A stretch of 40,000 nucleotides of DNA from Mariniphaga sp. (GTDB lineage: Bacteria > Bacteroidota > Bacteroidia > Bacteroidales > Prolixibacteraceae), in the NCBI GenBank assembly GCA_041687255.1, contig JAWLCL010000005.1, positions 291,896 through 331,895 of the forward strand, given 5' to 3'. The notes under the pieces were generated by a model. That model had not been told where the DNA came from and ran no database searches. It saw nothing but the letters and a program-made list of their open reading frames with translations. A program made the position numbers and the translations under genes. Below are positions 8,742 to 19,035 of the stretch, piece by piece. Within the stretch, counting starts at the first letter, position 1; each line of letters begins with the position of its first letter.

Positions 8742-9836
8742 ATGAATCTGCTGAAAAAAATAAAACTCAAGGCTGTCCTGTTCCACATCCTGTTGTGGAT
8801 TACAGTCTGGTTTTTCTTTTTCTATTTTTTTAGTTATAATTCAGATGACACCGCCTATGTAACATGGTTTTCCAGTTTCCTTTTGCCATTAACCATGGGA
8901 GTCACTTATTTCGTTGTTTACTACCTAATTCCAGGATATCTACTTACCCGAAAGTATTTTCTGTTTGCCCTTTACAGTTTCTACACCACGGTTTTTACCT
9001 CATACATCATTGTGCTTATCATCTACGGATGCCTCATTTTTCTGCTTAATTTCAATATTGCCATTATGCCACCCATGGGTAAAAACTTTTACTTCATTCT
9101 TATACTGGTAAATCTGGTTGTAGGGGCAGTAAGCTTTATTTCAATACTGAATCATAATTTTAAAACCGCTTCACGCAATAACGAACTGCAGAATAGAATA
9201 CTGGCCGCTCAACTGCAACTTAAAGAGCAGGAACTGCATTACCTGAAAAGACAGATTCACCCACATTTTCTATTCAATACGCTCAACACCATATACGGGT
9301 TCGCCCTTAAACAGTCGAAGCAAACACCGGAAATCATCCTTAAGCTCTCCAACCTGCTCGACTATATACTCTACCAGGTGAACAAACCAAGGGTGAGAAT
9401 TCAGGAAGAGCTGCTTCACATCAAAGAGTATATCGGGCTCGAAAGAATAAGGTTTAAAGATACCCTTATGGTGGATTTCACACAAAACATCGACAATAAA
9501 GAGGTACAGGTTGCACCTATGCTGCTCATCCCGCTGGTAGAAAATGCCTTTAAGCATGGAACGGTCATAAATGGGCAATTGAAAGTTGAAATGCATGTTT
9601 CGGTAAAGAATAACAGGCTCGACTTCTCAATTGCCAATACTTATCTGAAACGCGAAAGTAATGGACCTGGAGGAGGAATAGGATTGGAAAACATCCGTAA
9701 AAGACTGGAATTAAATTACAAAAACAATTACCGGCTTACCCATGAAACAGAAGGTTCCTGGTATCGATCGAAGCTTGAAATATTTAACTTAAACGACTGG
9801 AATAATGAGCAAAACAATTCACTGCCTAATCGTTGA
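8742..9836 (+). CDS. LytS/YehU-type sensor histidine kinase
   Basis: Polytopic N-terminus, then the His_kinase motif HPHFLFNTLNTI and ATPase motifs (PLVENAFKHG, GGGIGLENIRKRL). Start placed at MNLLKKIKLKAVLF. Confidence 0.88.
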   Translation: MNLLKKIKLKAVLFHILLWITVWFFFFYFFSYNSDDTAYVTWFSSFLLPLTMGVTYFVVYYLIPGYLLTRKYFLFALYSFYTTVFTSYIIVLIIYGCLIFLLNFNIAIMPPMGKNFYFILILVNLVVGAVSFISILNHNFKTASRNNELQNRILAAQLQLKEQELHYLKRQIHPHFLFNTLNTIYGFALKQSKQTPEIILKLSNLLDYILYQVNKPRVRIQEELLHIKEYIGLERIRFKDTLMVDFTQNIDNKEVQVAPMLLIPLVENAFKHGTVINGQLKVEMHVSVKNNRLDFSIANTYLKRESNGPGGGIGLENIRKRLELNYKNNYRLTHETEGSWYRSKLEIFNLNDWNNEQNNSLPNR

Positions 9837-10518
9837 CGACGAACCTGTTGCGCGGGAGATTCTGGAAAGCCACCTGTCGAAAATTGAGGCTGTAAAAATT
9901 GAAGGCAGCTGTAAAAATGCAGCAGAGGCCTTTAATATTTTATGCCGTCAGAAAATTGACCTTCTATTTCTCGACATTAACATGCCCGATGTTTCAGGAC
10001 TTTCGCTGGCCAAATCGGTAGGCAACAGTGTAAAAACCATTTTCACTACAGCCTACCGGGAGTATGCTGTTGAAGGATTCGATTTAAGGGCAGTCGACTA
10101 CCTGCTGAAGCCCATATCGTTTGAACGGCTGTTGCAGGCCGTTTCAAAATACCTGGAAGAGCATGTTCCTGTTCCGGTAAATGAGGTAGTTGATCTAACT
10201 GCTGAAAAGCACGATTCGTTGTTTGTCCGTGCCGATCGGAAAATGGTGAAGGTTTGCCTTACTGACATTCTGTACATTGAAAGCCTTGCCGATTACATTA
10301 AAATCTACCTGACCGGCAAAACAATTACCACCCGCGAAACCCTCTCAGGGATTGAGGTTAAACTGCCACAAAAGGAATTTGTCCGCATCCACCGTTCGTT
10401 TATTGTTTCTTTGGCGGCAATTGATTCGTTTACAAATGAATATGTTGAAATCGGCAAAAAACAGATACCCATAAGCCGCAGTTACCGGAAAGAAGCGCTC
10501 GAAATACTGGAACAATGA
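9805..10518 (+). CDS. LytTR-family response regulator
   Basis: REC domain (CLIVDDEPVAREIL, DLLFLDINMPDVSG) plus a C-terminal LytTR DNA-binding domain (FVRIHRSFIV). It overlaps the kinase gene by 32 nt. Confidence 0.9.
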   Translation: MSKTIHCLIVDDEPVAREILESHLSKIEAVKIEGSCKNAAEAFNILCRQKIDLLFLDINMPDVSGLSLAKSVGNSVKTIFTTAYREYAVEGFDLRAVDYLLKPISFERLLQAVSKYLEEHVPVPVNEVVDLTAEKHDSLFVRADRKMVKVCLTDILYIESLADYIKIYLTGKTITTRETLSGIEVKLPQKEFVRIHRSFIVSLAAIDSFTNEYVEIGKKQIPISRSYRKEALEILEQ

Positions 10519-10535
10519 ACAATCAGGCATAACAC

Positions 10536-13226
10536 TTAATTAACTAAAAACAAATAGCGGCCCGACTGCAGTTTTAAAACCGTTTTGCCATTATCCTGCT
10601 CAACCATTTTTATAAAATTGTTCTCGCTTACCGGCCTGCCGCTTTCCCTGATTTTTTTCCCGTCGATATGTAAGGTAGCTGTGCTGTTTGCCGGCACCAC
10701 AACGCGGTACTCCACTTTTTTACCGGATCTTTCCCACGACGATACAATGGTACCGTAAGGGCCCTCGTGTGATGCTTCAAACTTGTTAAGACCATTTACA
10801 AAATTAGGTTTCAGTAACACATTTTTGAACCCCGGCTGCTCCTCATCTGGAAAGATACCACCCAGGGCCTTATAATACCATGCATTAATTTCGCCAAACA
10901 TGATGTGGTTCATTGAGATGTCGCTTTCAGCATCCAGTGGCCAGTTTTCATAAAATGTGGTAGCGCCGTTTACTATCCACCAGCCCCATGAAGGAAATGT
11001 CTCCTGTGAAGCCACTTCCCAGGCCAGATCAGCATAACCGTTTTCGCTCAGTGCATTCAAAATGGCCTTGGTTCCCAGTAAACCCACATCAATATGCTTA
11101 TCATCGGCCACTACTCTTTTAGCCAGATTGTCCGCCACCTCTGCCCTGATGTCTTCTGGCACCAGGTCACGGTGCAGAGCCACGCTCAGTTCAGTCTGCA
11201 ACCCGCTGCCATACATTCCGGTTTCCCGGTTCAGGTACTTTTCGTTTATCGCCAGTTTTATTTTATCGGCCAAAGCTGCATATTTCTCATAGTCGGATTG
11301 TTTTCCCAATATTTTTGCCGCTTTCGAAAGTATAACCGCATCCACATAATAGTAGGCCGAGGAGGTAAACTCCTTTGGCGCCTGCGATTTCACCGGTACC
11401 CAGTCGCCCAGTCCCCAGTCGGTTATGCCTGAAGGATATTGTTCATCTATATAATCGACGTAACGTTTTATATTATCGTAACTGCGTTCAAGCAATCTTG
11501 AATCGCCGTAAAACAGGTAAATGTTCCAGGGAATAATAGCGATGGTGCTGGTCCAGTCGGGGCCATTAGCCCAATGGTATCCCCACCCGCTGGTGGGTAT
11601 AATGGCCGGCAGCACACCATTCGGCTGCTGTTCATCGCGATGGTCGGCCAGCCACTTCTCATAAACCGTAATCCCATCATAGTTGTAAAGCCCCAGTTCT
11701 ACGGCAATATGGGCATCGCCCGTCCATCCGTTTTTCTCACGCTGGGGGCAGTCGGTCGGGTAACCATAAAGGTTCGACAGGTATGAAGCATTGGCCGCCT
11801 GCCAAATCTTATTTAAAGTATTGTTCGAGGAATGTATGGTTCCAACCGGGGGTACATCGCTGTGCATAAAATAAGCAACCAGGCTTTCCTTCGTGAGCTG
11901 AAGGGGTTTATCAGAAGTCACCTCCACATACTGGAAACCTTTGTAGTTGAAGCGGGGCATAAACTCCTCCTCCCCTTTCCCGCCAAGGATAAAAACATCG
12001 GTCTGAAACGGGTCAGAATCATCGGTTGGCCGGTAATGCACATCAATGTTCGACATGTCGGCACGCCCTGTTGAATCGAGCCGTTCCACGTGTTTCAGCC
12101 GAATGGCAGTTCCTTCAGGTCCCGTAACATTAAGTGATGTCACCCCGGCCATATTCCTGCCGAAATTAAAAAGCCAGGTACGTTCACCCTGCTTAATCAT
12201 TTCCACGGCGGAAATCTCCGTCACATGACGGACGGGGTGCAAAACCTGGGCAGTAATGTTTTGGGAAGGAGCGCCGGTAACCATCGCCCCGCGCCATCCT
12301 TCGCCATTAAATCCCGGAGCGTCCCACCCGGGTTGCTCCAGCCGGGCATCGTAATGTTCGGCTGTATAGATGCTGTTAAAGATTACAGGGCTTAGTGCAG
12401 TTTGCCAGTCCGGCCCTGTGACTATATATTCTTCTGAACCGTCTGCATAAGTAATCCGCAAATCCATGCAAAATTTGGGACGGGCACGCCACGGGGCCTT
12501 ATCGAAATACCACACGGCAGTCGACTGGTGATTGTACCACCCATTGCCCAGCAGCACTCCCAAAACGTTTTCCCCCTGCTGCAGGTTTTCCGTAACATCA
12601 TAGGTAACATAAAGATTACGGCGGTCGAAACGGGTATAGGTGGGGTCCAGCTGGTGATCGCCAATTCGTTTGCCGTTAATGGAAAGCTCATACAAACCTG
12701 CCACTGCAATGTATGCCCGTGCCGAGCGGATAGCCTTGCCTGACCGGAATGCCTTCCGGAAATAAGGCGCAGGCTTAAGGTTGTAATCGTAAGTGTCGGT
12801 AATCCACCGGCCTTTCCAGTTTGCCTGGTCCACCATACCGGTTTCAAACCAGGCTGCCGGCGCCCATTCCGACCATTTTCCCGACTTGTCCTGTACCCGC
12901 ACGCTCCAGTAATAGCGTGTGAAAGGCTGCAAATCAGGTCCGTTGTATACCACAGGAATCACTGCCGAATTAACCGCTCCCGGTTCCCACACATTTCCTT
13001 TGCCGGAAGCAACCTCTGATTCTCCGGTACCCACAACCAGCTGAAACGCTTTTTGCAAAAATCCGGTCCGGTTTTGTTCCACCTGCCATGTAAAACGTGG
13101 ATGCAACTCATCGATGCCCAATGGATTGACAAGGTATTCGCATTTCATATTTTTTACATGAACCTGTGCAGGAACCGAAAATCCTGCGAATATCATTAAG
13201 AAAAAAAGTAAGAAATTAGTTTTCAT
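10536..13226 (-). CDS. Alpha-L-rhamnosidase (GH78)
   Basis: 896 aa. N-terminal MKCEYLVNPLGIDELHPRFTWQ, and PTDCPQREKNGWTGDA, both characteristic of bacterial GH78 rhamnosidases. Confidence 0.9.
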   Translation of the reverse strand: MKTNFLLFFLMIFAGFSVPAQVHVKNMKCEYLVNPLGIDELHPRFTWQVEQNRTGFLQKAFQLVVGTGESEVASGKGNVWEPGAVNSAVIPVVYNGPDLQPFTRYYWSVRVQDKSGKWSEWAPAAWFETGMVDQANWKGRWITDTYDYNLKPAPYFRKAFRSGKAIRSARAYIAVAGLYELSINGKRIGDHQLDPTYTRFDRRNLYVTYDVTENLQQGENVLGVLLGNGWYNHQSTAVWYFDKAPWRARPKFCMDLRITYADGSEEYIVTGPDWQTALSPVIFNSIYTAEHYDARLEQPGWDAPGFNGEGWRGAMVTGAPSQNITAQVLHPVRHVTEISAVEMIKQGERTWLFNFGRNMAGVTSLNVTGPEGTAIRLKHVERLDSTGRADMSNIDVHYRPTDDSDPFQTDVFILGGKGEEEFMPRFNYKGFQYVEVTSDKPLQLTKESLVAYFMHSDVPPVGTIHSSNNTLNKIWQAANASYLSNLYGYPTDCPQREKNGWTGDAHIAVELGLYNYDGITVYEKWLADHRDEQQPNGVLPAIIPTSGWGYHWANGPDWTSTIAIIPWNIYLFYGDSRLLERSYDNIKRYVDYIDEQYPSGITDWGLGDWVPVKSQAPKEFTSSAYYYVDAVILSKAAKILGKQSDYEKYAALADKIKLAINEKYLNRETGMYGSGLQTELSVALHRDLVPEDIRAEVADNLAKRVVADDKHIDVGLLGTKAILNALSENGYADLAWEVASQETFPSWGWWIVNGATTFYENWPLDAESDISMNHIMFGEINAWYYKALGGIFPDEEQPGFKNVLLKPNFVNGLNKFEASHEGPYGTIVSSWERSGKKVEYRVVVPANSTATLHIDGKKIRESGRPVSENNFIKMVEQDNGKTVLKLQSGRYLFLVN

Positions 13227-13312
13227 AGTTGCAGCTTATAAATCTACATTAATTGTTCAAATATTTCAGACCGGGATACCCAACTGAGCCGCCCTCCCCT
13301 GTTGAAAGGCAT

Positions 13313-15079
13313 TTAACCCTTTATTATTTTAACCCCTTTTGGAGCTTTAAAAGTAGTTGTCACATTTCCATCATCTGTTTTTTCATGCCTGACCTCCAGC
13401 ACCCCGAAAGGAGTAGGAAAAGTTCCCTCCACCCAATCCAAATCTCCCAGATGGGGTTCCAGTTTAATTTTACTGCCGCCCGGTTCCAGCACCTTAATGC
13501 CCAGCACATGTTCGGTAAGCCATGCAGTAGGACCTGAAGCCCATCCGTGACAGAGGCTGTGGCGGTAACTTACATAGCAGTAATCGCCATAAACCCCGTG
13601 AACATCCACTTTTCCCTCGGGAACCACCTGATCGATGCGTGCGGCATTTTCCTTCCATTCAATGTTAAAATCTTCCCAGAAGGTTGTTGCCCCCAAATCG
13701 AGCATACCTCCCCAATATTCACGTATGTTATCCAGTGCCCCCCGGTAATCGCCTGCAAGTGCCCTGGCCTGCAGCATATAGTAGCCATAAAATGTGGACA
13801 TGCGTTTTGCCCCGTCTTTTGCCAACACATCAGCATTTGCTGTTTCGGGAGCCATGAGGCCGGAAATTGCCAGCAGTGCAGCGGCCTGTTTTGAATTCGC
13901 TGTACCGGGGATATGCTTTTTCAGCTTCTCAACCGACTGCAGACAAAGCGCCAGGGTTTGTTTATCTTCAAGTATTTTACTGAGTTCAGCCCCGGCTTCA
14001 AAAGCCATCACCATCATTGATTGCAAACCTGCATGCACGGCCTCCGGATTCCCGCTTGAAGGCCAGTCGAGGAATCGGTTGCCATCGAGAACCTCTTTTC
14101 CTTCATCATCGATTTTTGATGCCAGATGCTTCAGCAATCTTTCCAGATAATCTTCTTGTTCTTTCAGATAGTTCAAATCACCCTGGTAACGATACCAGTC
14201 GCGGTGAAGGATTATCCACCACATGGAATAGGAACTGATGCCGTTCATCCATGCGGGTAATGGTGTAAGATCACGTGCCAAATCAAGGCTTTTGGGCACC
14301 ACCTCATTGAAACCGAAGACCGAATTGATTGTCATCACCTCGGGATGCAAGTCCCCCACCCACACCAGGCGGTCGCGCTTGATGCCGTCCCACAGATACT
14401 CCTGCATGTTCAGGTGAACGGTATAGGCTCCTGTGAGCCAGATGTCGTTCAGACGTTTATCATTGCTCCGGAACGACCCCAGGTAAGGGATATCGCGGTA
14501 TATGAACGCGGCATTGATTTCTTTAATCTCCAGCCTTGCATCCGGCTCCACCAGGTCGATGCGTACAAACCGGAAGCCGGTCTGCCCCAAATCGATGCGC
14601 CCCAGCCACGGCAAAGTGACTTCAAAATCACGCATTGCATGGTCGTTGGTCGCACCATTTTCCTGCAATTCACTCATGGCTTCAGCAACCGACTCACCAA
14701 ACCGGACACGGACCCTGCCGGCAGGATTGGAATTGCCAATGGTGGTTACAATTTCAATCCCGCCCTGGATTTCCCTGCCAAAATCAAGTACTATTCCCGG
14801 TTGATGACTGCCATCGTGTTCCATCATCAGGTATTCTCCCCGATTCAGGTCGGCCTGCCCATTTCCCGGCTTCAATATGCTTTCACTGTTTTTTATGAAT
14901 TTTCCGGAGTTATCCGATGTCCAAACGATAGAAACAGGCGAAAAAGCCTTACGTGTTAAAGCGGTTTCCCTCACAGCCACATTTTCTGCTGAACTGAAAA
15001 CCGGCGGAAGTTGTGCCGCAGTGTTAAATACAGAAAAAAAACTCAGAACAACTACAGCTAAAATGATATATCCTTTCAA
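13313..15079 (-). CDS. GH78-related six-hairpin glycosidase (alpha-L-rhamnosidase-like)
   Basis: 588 aa with a signal peptide. WDGIKRDRLVWVGDLHPEVM matches the GH78 catalytic-domain motif DG.KRDR..W.GD. Confidence 0.75.
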   Translation of the reverse strand: MKGYIILAVVVLSFFSVFNTAAQLPPVFSSAENVAVRETALTRKAFSPVSIVWTSDNSGKFIKNSESILKPGNGQADLNRGEYLMMEHDGSHQPGIVLDFGREIQGGIEIVTTIGNSNPAGRVRVRFGESVAEAMSELQENGATNDHAMRDFEVTLPWLGRIDLGQTGFRFVRIDLVEPDARLEIKEINAAFIYRDIPYLGSFRSNDKRLNDIWLTGAYTVHLNMQEYLWDGIKRDRLVWVGDLHPEVMTINSVFGFNEVVPKSLDLARDLTPLPAWMNGISSYSMWWIILHRDWYRYQGDLNYLKEQEDYLERLLKHLASKIDDEGKEVLDGNRFLDWPSSGNPEAVHAGLQSMMVMAFEAGAELSKILEDKQTLALCLQSVEKLKKHIPGTANSKQAAALLAISGLMAPETANADVLAKDGAKRMSTFYGYYMLQARALAGDYRGALDNIREYWGGMLDLGATTFWEDFNIEWKENAARIDQVVPEGKVDVHGVYGDYCYVSYRHSLCHGWASGPTAWLTEHVLGIKVLEPGGSKIKLEPHLGDLDWVEGTFPTPFGVLEVRHEKTDDGNVTTTFKAPKGVKIIKG

Positions 15080-15279
15080 AACCCGATAGATTTAAGTTTT
15101 TAATCAGTTCAAAAATAGATTAAATTATTAATGTTTCCCCCGTCCGTCAGATCAATAACATCAGCTAAATTACAAAAATTAATTGCTATACATTTACAAA
15201 TCTTCGATATGACAAATCTCCTTCCTTTCAACGCCTAAATCATATAGCTTTGGCCTTCTGAAATTTGAGCCCGGATGTT

Positions 15280-16242
15280 ATGAAAAAAAATGTACCATTT
15301 ATTTTTTTGTTTGTACTGATGATTGCAGGGTGCCGGCACCATAATGATGCTGTTATTGATTTGGAATCAAAGCCCGTTGAACCAGAATTGTTCGGCAAAG
15401 GAATTGTATCAACAAATATGTATGAACGTGATATTGCCATATCTCCCAAAGGAGATGAAATAGTTTTCACCCTGAGCGATTACGGGCAAACCAGGCGGTG
15501 CCTGGTTATGATTTCAAAAAACGGGAATAGATGGAGCTCAAAAAAGATACTGAGCTTCTCAGGTAAATATGCCGACATTGAACCCTTTTTCTCAACCGAC
15601 GGGAACAAACTTTTCTTCGCATCGGACAGGCCTGTTAATGCCGATGACATTGTGAGCGATTACAACATCTGGGTCTCTGAAAGATCCGCTGACGGGTGGG
15701 ATGATCCAACACCTCTGCCGTCGAACATCAATACGAATAAAGATGAATTCTATCCTTCGGTGAGCAGCAACGGCAATCTGTATTTTACAGCACAACATGA
15801 TAACAGCCATGGAGGGGAGGACATTTTCGTTAGTAAGTATATTAACGGGCAGTACCTTGCTCCGATCCCCTTAGATTCTGCCATAAACACCCGCGGCGAT
15901 GAATTCAATGCTTATGTAAATCCCGAAGAGAACCTGATCATTTTCGGCTCCTATGGCAGAGCCGACGGACAGGGAGGCGTCGACTTGTACATCAGCCGCA
16001 AGGATGCCTCCGGAAACTGGACTCCTGCTTTGAACATGGGGCCTGAAATTAATTCCGAAAAACTTGATTTCTGCCCTTTTATTGATACCGGGAGGGGAAA
16101 TTTTTATTTCACCAGCGACCGGATATTAGCTCCTGTGAAGCAAACACTTGATGTTAAGGAACTGGAACTGCTTTCAAATGATGTATTAAACGGCATGGGA
16201 AACATATACAAGGTAAGCCTGGAAAGCATCGGATTCAAGTAA
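15280..16242 (+). CDS. TolB-like beta-propeller lipoprotein (PD40 repeats)
   Basis: Lipobox in MKKNVPFIFLFVLMIAGC. Repeated PD40-like motifs (FFSTDGNKLFFASDRP, FYPSVSSNGNLYFTAQ, FCPFIDTGRGNFYFTSDR). Confidence 0.8.
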   Translation: MKKNVPFIFLFVLMIAGCRHHNDAVIDLESKPVEPELFGKGIVSTNMYERDIAISPKGDEIVFTLSDYGQTRRCLVMISKNGNRWSSKKILSFSGKYADIEPFFSTDGNKLFFASDRPVNADDIVSDYNIWVSERSADGWDDPTPLPSNINTNKDEFYPSVSSNGNLYFTAQHDNSHGGEDIFVSKYINGQYLAPIPLDSAINTRGDEFNAYVNPEENLIIFGSYGRADGQGGVDLYISRKDASGNWTPALNMGPEINSEKLDFCPFIDTGRGNFYFTSDRILAPVKQTLDVKELELLSNDVLNGMGNIYKVSLESIGFK

Positions 16243-16247
16243 AATCT

Positions 16248-17435
16248 TCAGATCGATTCATTAACAACTGGTTGTTGGGGAATTGAAAACGAAAAGATTG
16301 AACCGGTGGTTTTACTATCCCCTGCTGACCGGCTTTCTACCCAGATTCTCCCGCCATGTTTTTCAACAAATTCCCGGCATAATATCAATCCCAGCCCGGT
16401 ACCTTTTTCCTTGTCCGTACCTTCAGTTGAAAAGCTCTCATCAATTCTGAAAAGTTTATCAATTTTATTTTCCGGGATACCAATCCCTGTATCGGCTATG
16501 GAAATAACCAGGTGATTATTATGCTCCACTGCTGAAACAATTACTTTTCCACCCGGATTGGTAAATTTGATTGCATTTGACATCAGATTTCTAAAAACTG
16601 TGCCAATTAATTGTTTATCGGCATATACTGTTAAATGAGAAGGAAGCTCATGATGAACATCTATTCTCTTCTGACTGGCAGCGGGAATAATTATTGATTC
16701 CACTTCGTTCATAATATCTGATACCTGAACATTCTCCGGGTTAAATTCAAGCCTTCCGCTTTGCGACAATGACCACTCCACAAGGTTCATCAATAAATCG
16801 ACTGCCATTTTTGACGACTGGTGGATTATTCGTGCAATTTGTTCAATTTTATCCCTGTCCAGATGCTGAACCTGTTTAATGAGTATATCGCTGAAACCCA
16901 AAATTGAATTGAACGGATTTCTAAGGTCATGGGCAATAATAGAGAAAAATTTATCTTTTGTGGCATTAAGTCTCCTGAGTTCCTCATTTTGCATTTCAAT
17001 AATTTCCTTATCGCGGAGCTTATCCTGTGTCCGTTCCCATTCTTCATGCATTTCCACGTCGTCTAAAGCTCTGTCCACTGCAAACACAAGACGTCCAAGC
17101 CTGTCTTTCAGCACATAATCTGTGGCACCCTGCTTTACAAGTTCAACCGCCTTGTCTTCACCAATTGTTCCGGAAATGCAGATGAAGGGCGCCCTGGGCT
17201 GCAGTTTTTTTGCCAGCTTCAGGGCTTCAGAAGCATTAAAGCCCGGCAATGTATAATCGGCAAGAATGATATCATAAGTACCGGATTCCAGGAATGAAAT
17301 GAATCCTGCTTCATCTTCTGCAACATTCATTTCTACCTCGTATCCGGCATCCGCAAGCATTTCCTTCAGAAGTTCAGCATCTTTGGGAGCATCTTCAAGG
17401 CATAATATTTTCAGGAATGATTTGATTGCTGTCAT
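16248..17435 (-). CDS. Hybrid response-regulator receiver / histidine kinase
   Basis: N-terminal REC (ILCLEDAPKDAELL, DIILADYTLPGFN), then HisKA (FFSIIAHDLRNPFNSILGF) and HATPase_c (DTGIGIP, GTGLGLILCREFVEKHGG). Confidence 0.9.
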   Translation of the reverse strand: MTAIKSFLKILCLEDAPKDAELLKEMLADAGYEVEMNVAEDEAGFISFLESGTYDIILADYTLPGFNASEALKLAKKLQPRAPFICISGTIGEDKAVELVKQGATDYVLKDRLGRLVFAVDRALDDVEMHEEWERTQDKLRDKEIIEMQNEELRRLNATKDKFFSIIAHDLRNPFNSILGFSDILIKQVQHLDRDKIEQIARIIHQSSKMAVDLLMNLVEWSLSQSGRLEFNPENVQVSDIMNEVESIIIPAASQKRIDVHHELPSHLTVYADKQLIGTVFRNLMSNAIKFTNPGGKVIVSAVEHNNHLVISIADTGIGIPENKIDKLFRIDESFSTEGTDKEKGTGLGLILCREFVEKHGGRIWVESRSAGDSKTTGSIFSFSIPQQPVVNESI

Positions 17436-17446
17436 AGGGTTTTATT

Positions 17447-17881
17447 TTATTCTGGTAATTCATTTAAAACAGCCCAAAAACCACCAATCTGTTTAACTGC
17501 ATCGATAAATTGCTGAAACCCCACCGGTTTTACCACATAGGCATTGACACCCAAATCATACGACTGGGTTAAATCTTCCTCCTCCCGTGATGATGTAAGA
17601 ATAATAACCGGAATTCTTTTCAGCTTTTGATCACTCCTGATGTTACGCAGCACCTCAATTCCTCCCATTCGGGGCATTTTAATATCAAGCAGCAATATTG
17701 CAGGATTTTCAGGCTTCCGTGAGGCAAATTTACCTTCACAACGCAGGTATTCCAATGCCTCCACCCCGTCGTGAACCACCACCACCTGGTTGGCCAGATT
17801 ATTTTCTGCCATTGCCTCCAGGGTAAGTTCCACGTCTTTCGGGTTGTCCTCTGCCAGTAAAATTGTTTTAATTTTTACCAT
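17447..17881 (-). CDS. Single-domain response regulator (REC only)
   Basis: 144 aa: ILLAEDNPKDVELT, LLLDIKMPRMGG, VVKP. Confidence 0.9.
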   Translation of the reverse strand: MVKIKTILLAEDNPKDVELTLEAMAENNLANQVVVVHDGVEALEYLRCEGKFASRKPENPAILLLDIKMPRMGGIEVLRNIRSDQKLKRIPVIILTSSREEEDLTQSYDLGVNAYVVKPVGFQQFIDAVKQIGGFWAVLNELPE

Positions 17882-17883
17882 AA

Positions 17884-18798
17884 TTAATTTTCTTTATCCT
17901 TAGGTAATGAAAAATAAAAAGTTGCTCCTTTATCAGGCTCGGCTTGTGCCCAGGTGAGCCCTTTATGTTTCAAAACAATGCTCCTTACATTGGCCAGCCC
18001 TATCCCGGTTCCTTCAAAATCATTGTATGAATGCAGGCGCTGGAATACCCCAAACAGATTCTGCGCATATTTCATATCAAATCCAACTCCATTGTCGCTT
18101 ACGGAAAAAACATATTCATCTTCCTTTTCGGTTACGTCAATTTTTATAACTGCATTTGCCTTGTTACCCGTAAATTTCACAGCATTATTAAGAAGGTTCT
18201 GCCAGACCTGGTAAATCAAAGATTCATCGCAGAATACCGGGGGCAACTTTGAAACCTGCCATTCTATGTACCTGTCAGAGTTGTTACTTTTTGTCTGTGA
18301 TATAATCTCCTCAACTATTTCATTCATATCCACATCGGCTTTCTGCACTTCCTTTCTGCCGGTGCGTGAAAACTCAAGCAGGTCGTTTATCAGCGTATCC
18401 ATTTGATTTGCCGAATCGGCAATACTGTCGAGGTAATGCTTTGCCTTCTCAGGCATCTGTTCATAGAACCGGCTCAAAAGTAAATCAACATATCCGTTTA
18501 TATGTCGTAAGGGTGCACGAAGGTCATGCGAAACAGAATACGAAAAAGCTTCCAGCTCTTTAGTTGCTTCTTCACGTAATTCTTTTTCCTTGTTTTGTAG
18601 TGCAATTTCCTTCATGGCAAGGTTCAATTTGGCCTGTTCTAATTTTTGGCTGTTATTGGCCATATCGAGTAATTCCCTGACATCCTTCAGATTATCCAGG
18701 TTTATATTGTATAACCTGAAAAGTTCGTTGTACTTTTTTTCAAGAACCTTCAATTCAGTTAACAATTCTTCACTGGATTTTTTTGGATCAGGTTTCAT
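17884..18798 (-). CDS. Soluble histidine kinase with a coiled-coil N-terminus and no recognisable sensor domain
   Basis: HisKA (FSYSVSHDLRAPLRHINGY) and HATPase_c (DNGVGFD, GTGIGLANV). The start is uncertain: I chose ATG at 18798 (MKPDPKK); the ORF track starts at TTG 18918. Confidence 0.8.
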   Translation of the reverse strand: MKPDPKKSSEELLTELKVLEKKYNELFRLYNINLDNLKDVRELLDMANNSQKLEQAKLNLAMKEIALQNKEKELREEATKELEAFSYSVSHDLRAPLRHINGYVDLLLSRFYEQMPEKAKHYLDSIADSANQMDTLINDLLEFSRTGRKEVQKADVDMNEIVEEIISQTKSNNSDRYIEWQVSKLPPVFCDESLIYQVWQNLLNNAVKFTGNKANAVIKIDVTEKEDEYVFSVSDNGVGFDMKYAQNLFGVFQRLHSYNDFEGTGIGLANVRSIVLKHKGLTWAQAEPDKGATFYFSLPKDKEN

Positions 18799-18988
18799 TA
18801 ATAAGGATTTTAAATGAATAAAAGTATGAAAAATATCCCTGCATTTCAATTCTTTCTGTAACATTTTAGCAGGCTGAATGAGAACCGGGCGATATGAATC
18901 TTGCCTTTCAAATTGCAAGTATTTAACTAAATATACCGCTCAATTATTCTGTCTGATTATCTGCTGAAAAGTTCAGTCATAGTTACCG

Positions 18989-19018
18989 CTTGAAAAAAAT
19001 AAAAGTATTTTTTTCAAG
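18989..19018 (-). terminator. AT-rich hairpin downstream of the aldo/keto reductase gene (possible terminator)
   Basis: CTTGAAAAAAA (18989-18999) pairs with TTTTTTTCAAG (19008-19018), with an 8-nt loop. It lies 18 nt after the stop codon. Confidence 0.35.
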
Positions 19019-19035
19019 TCCGGAAACTATTGTTG

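Noticed and set aside
10536-15079. Many 60-200-aa ORFs nested inside or antisense to the two GH78-type genes (for example 14345..14959)
   Set aside because: They are shadow ORFs in long, well-supported genes and show no independent signals.
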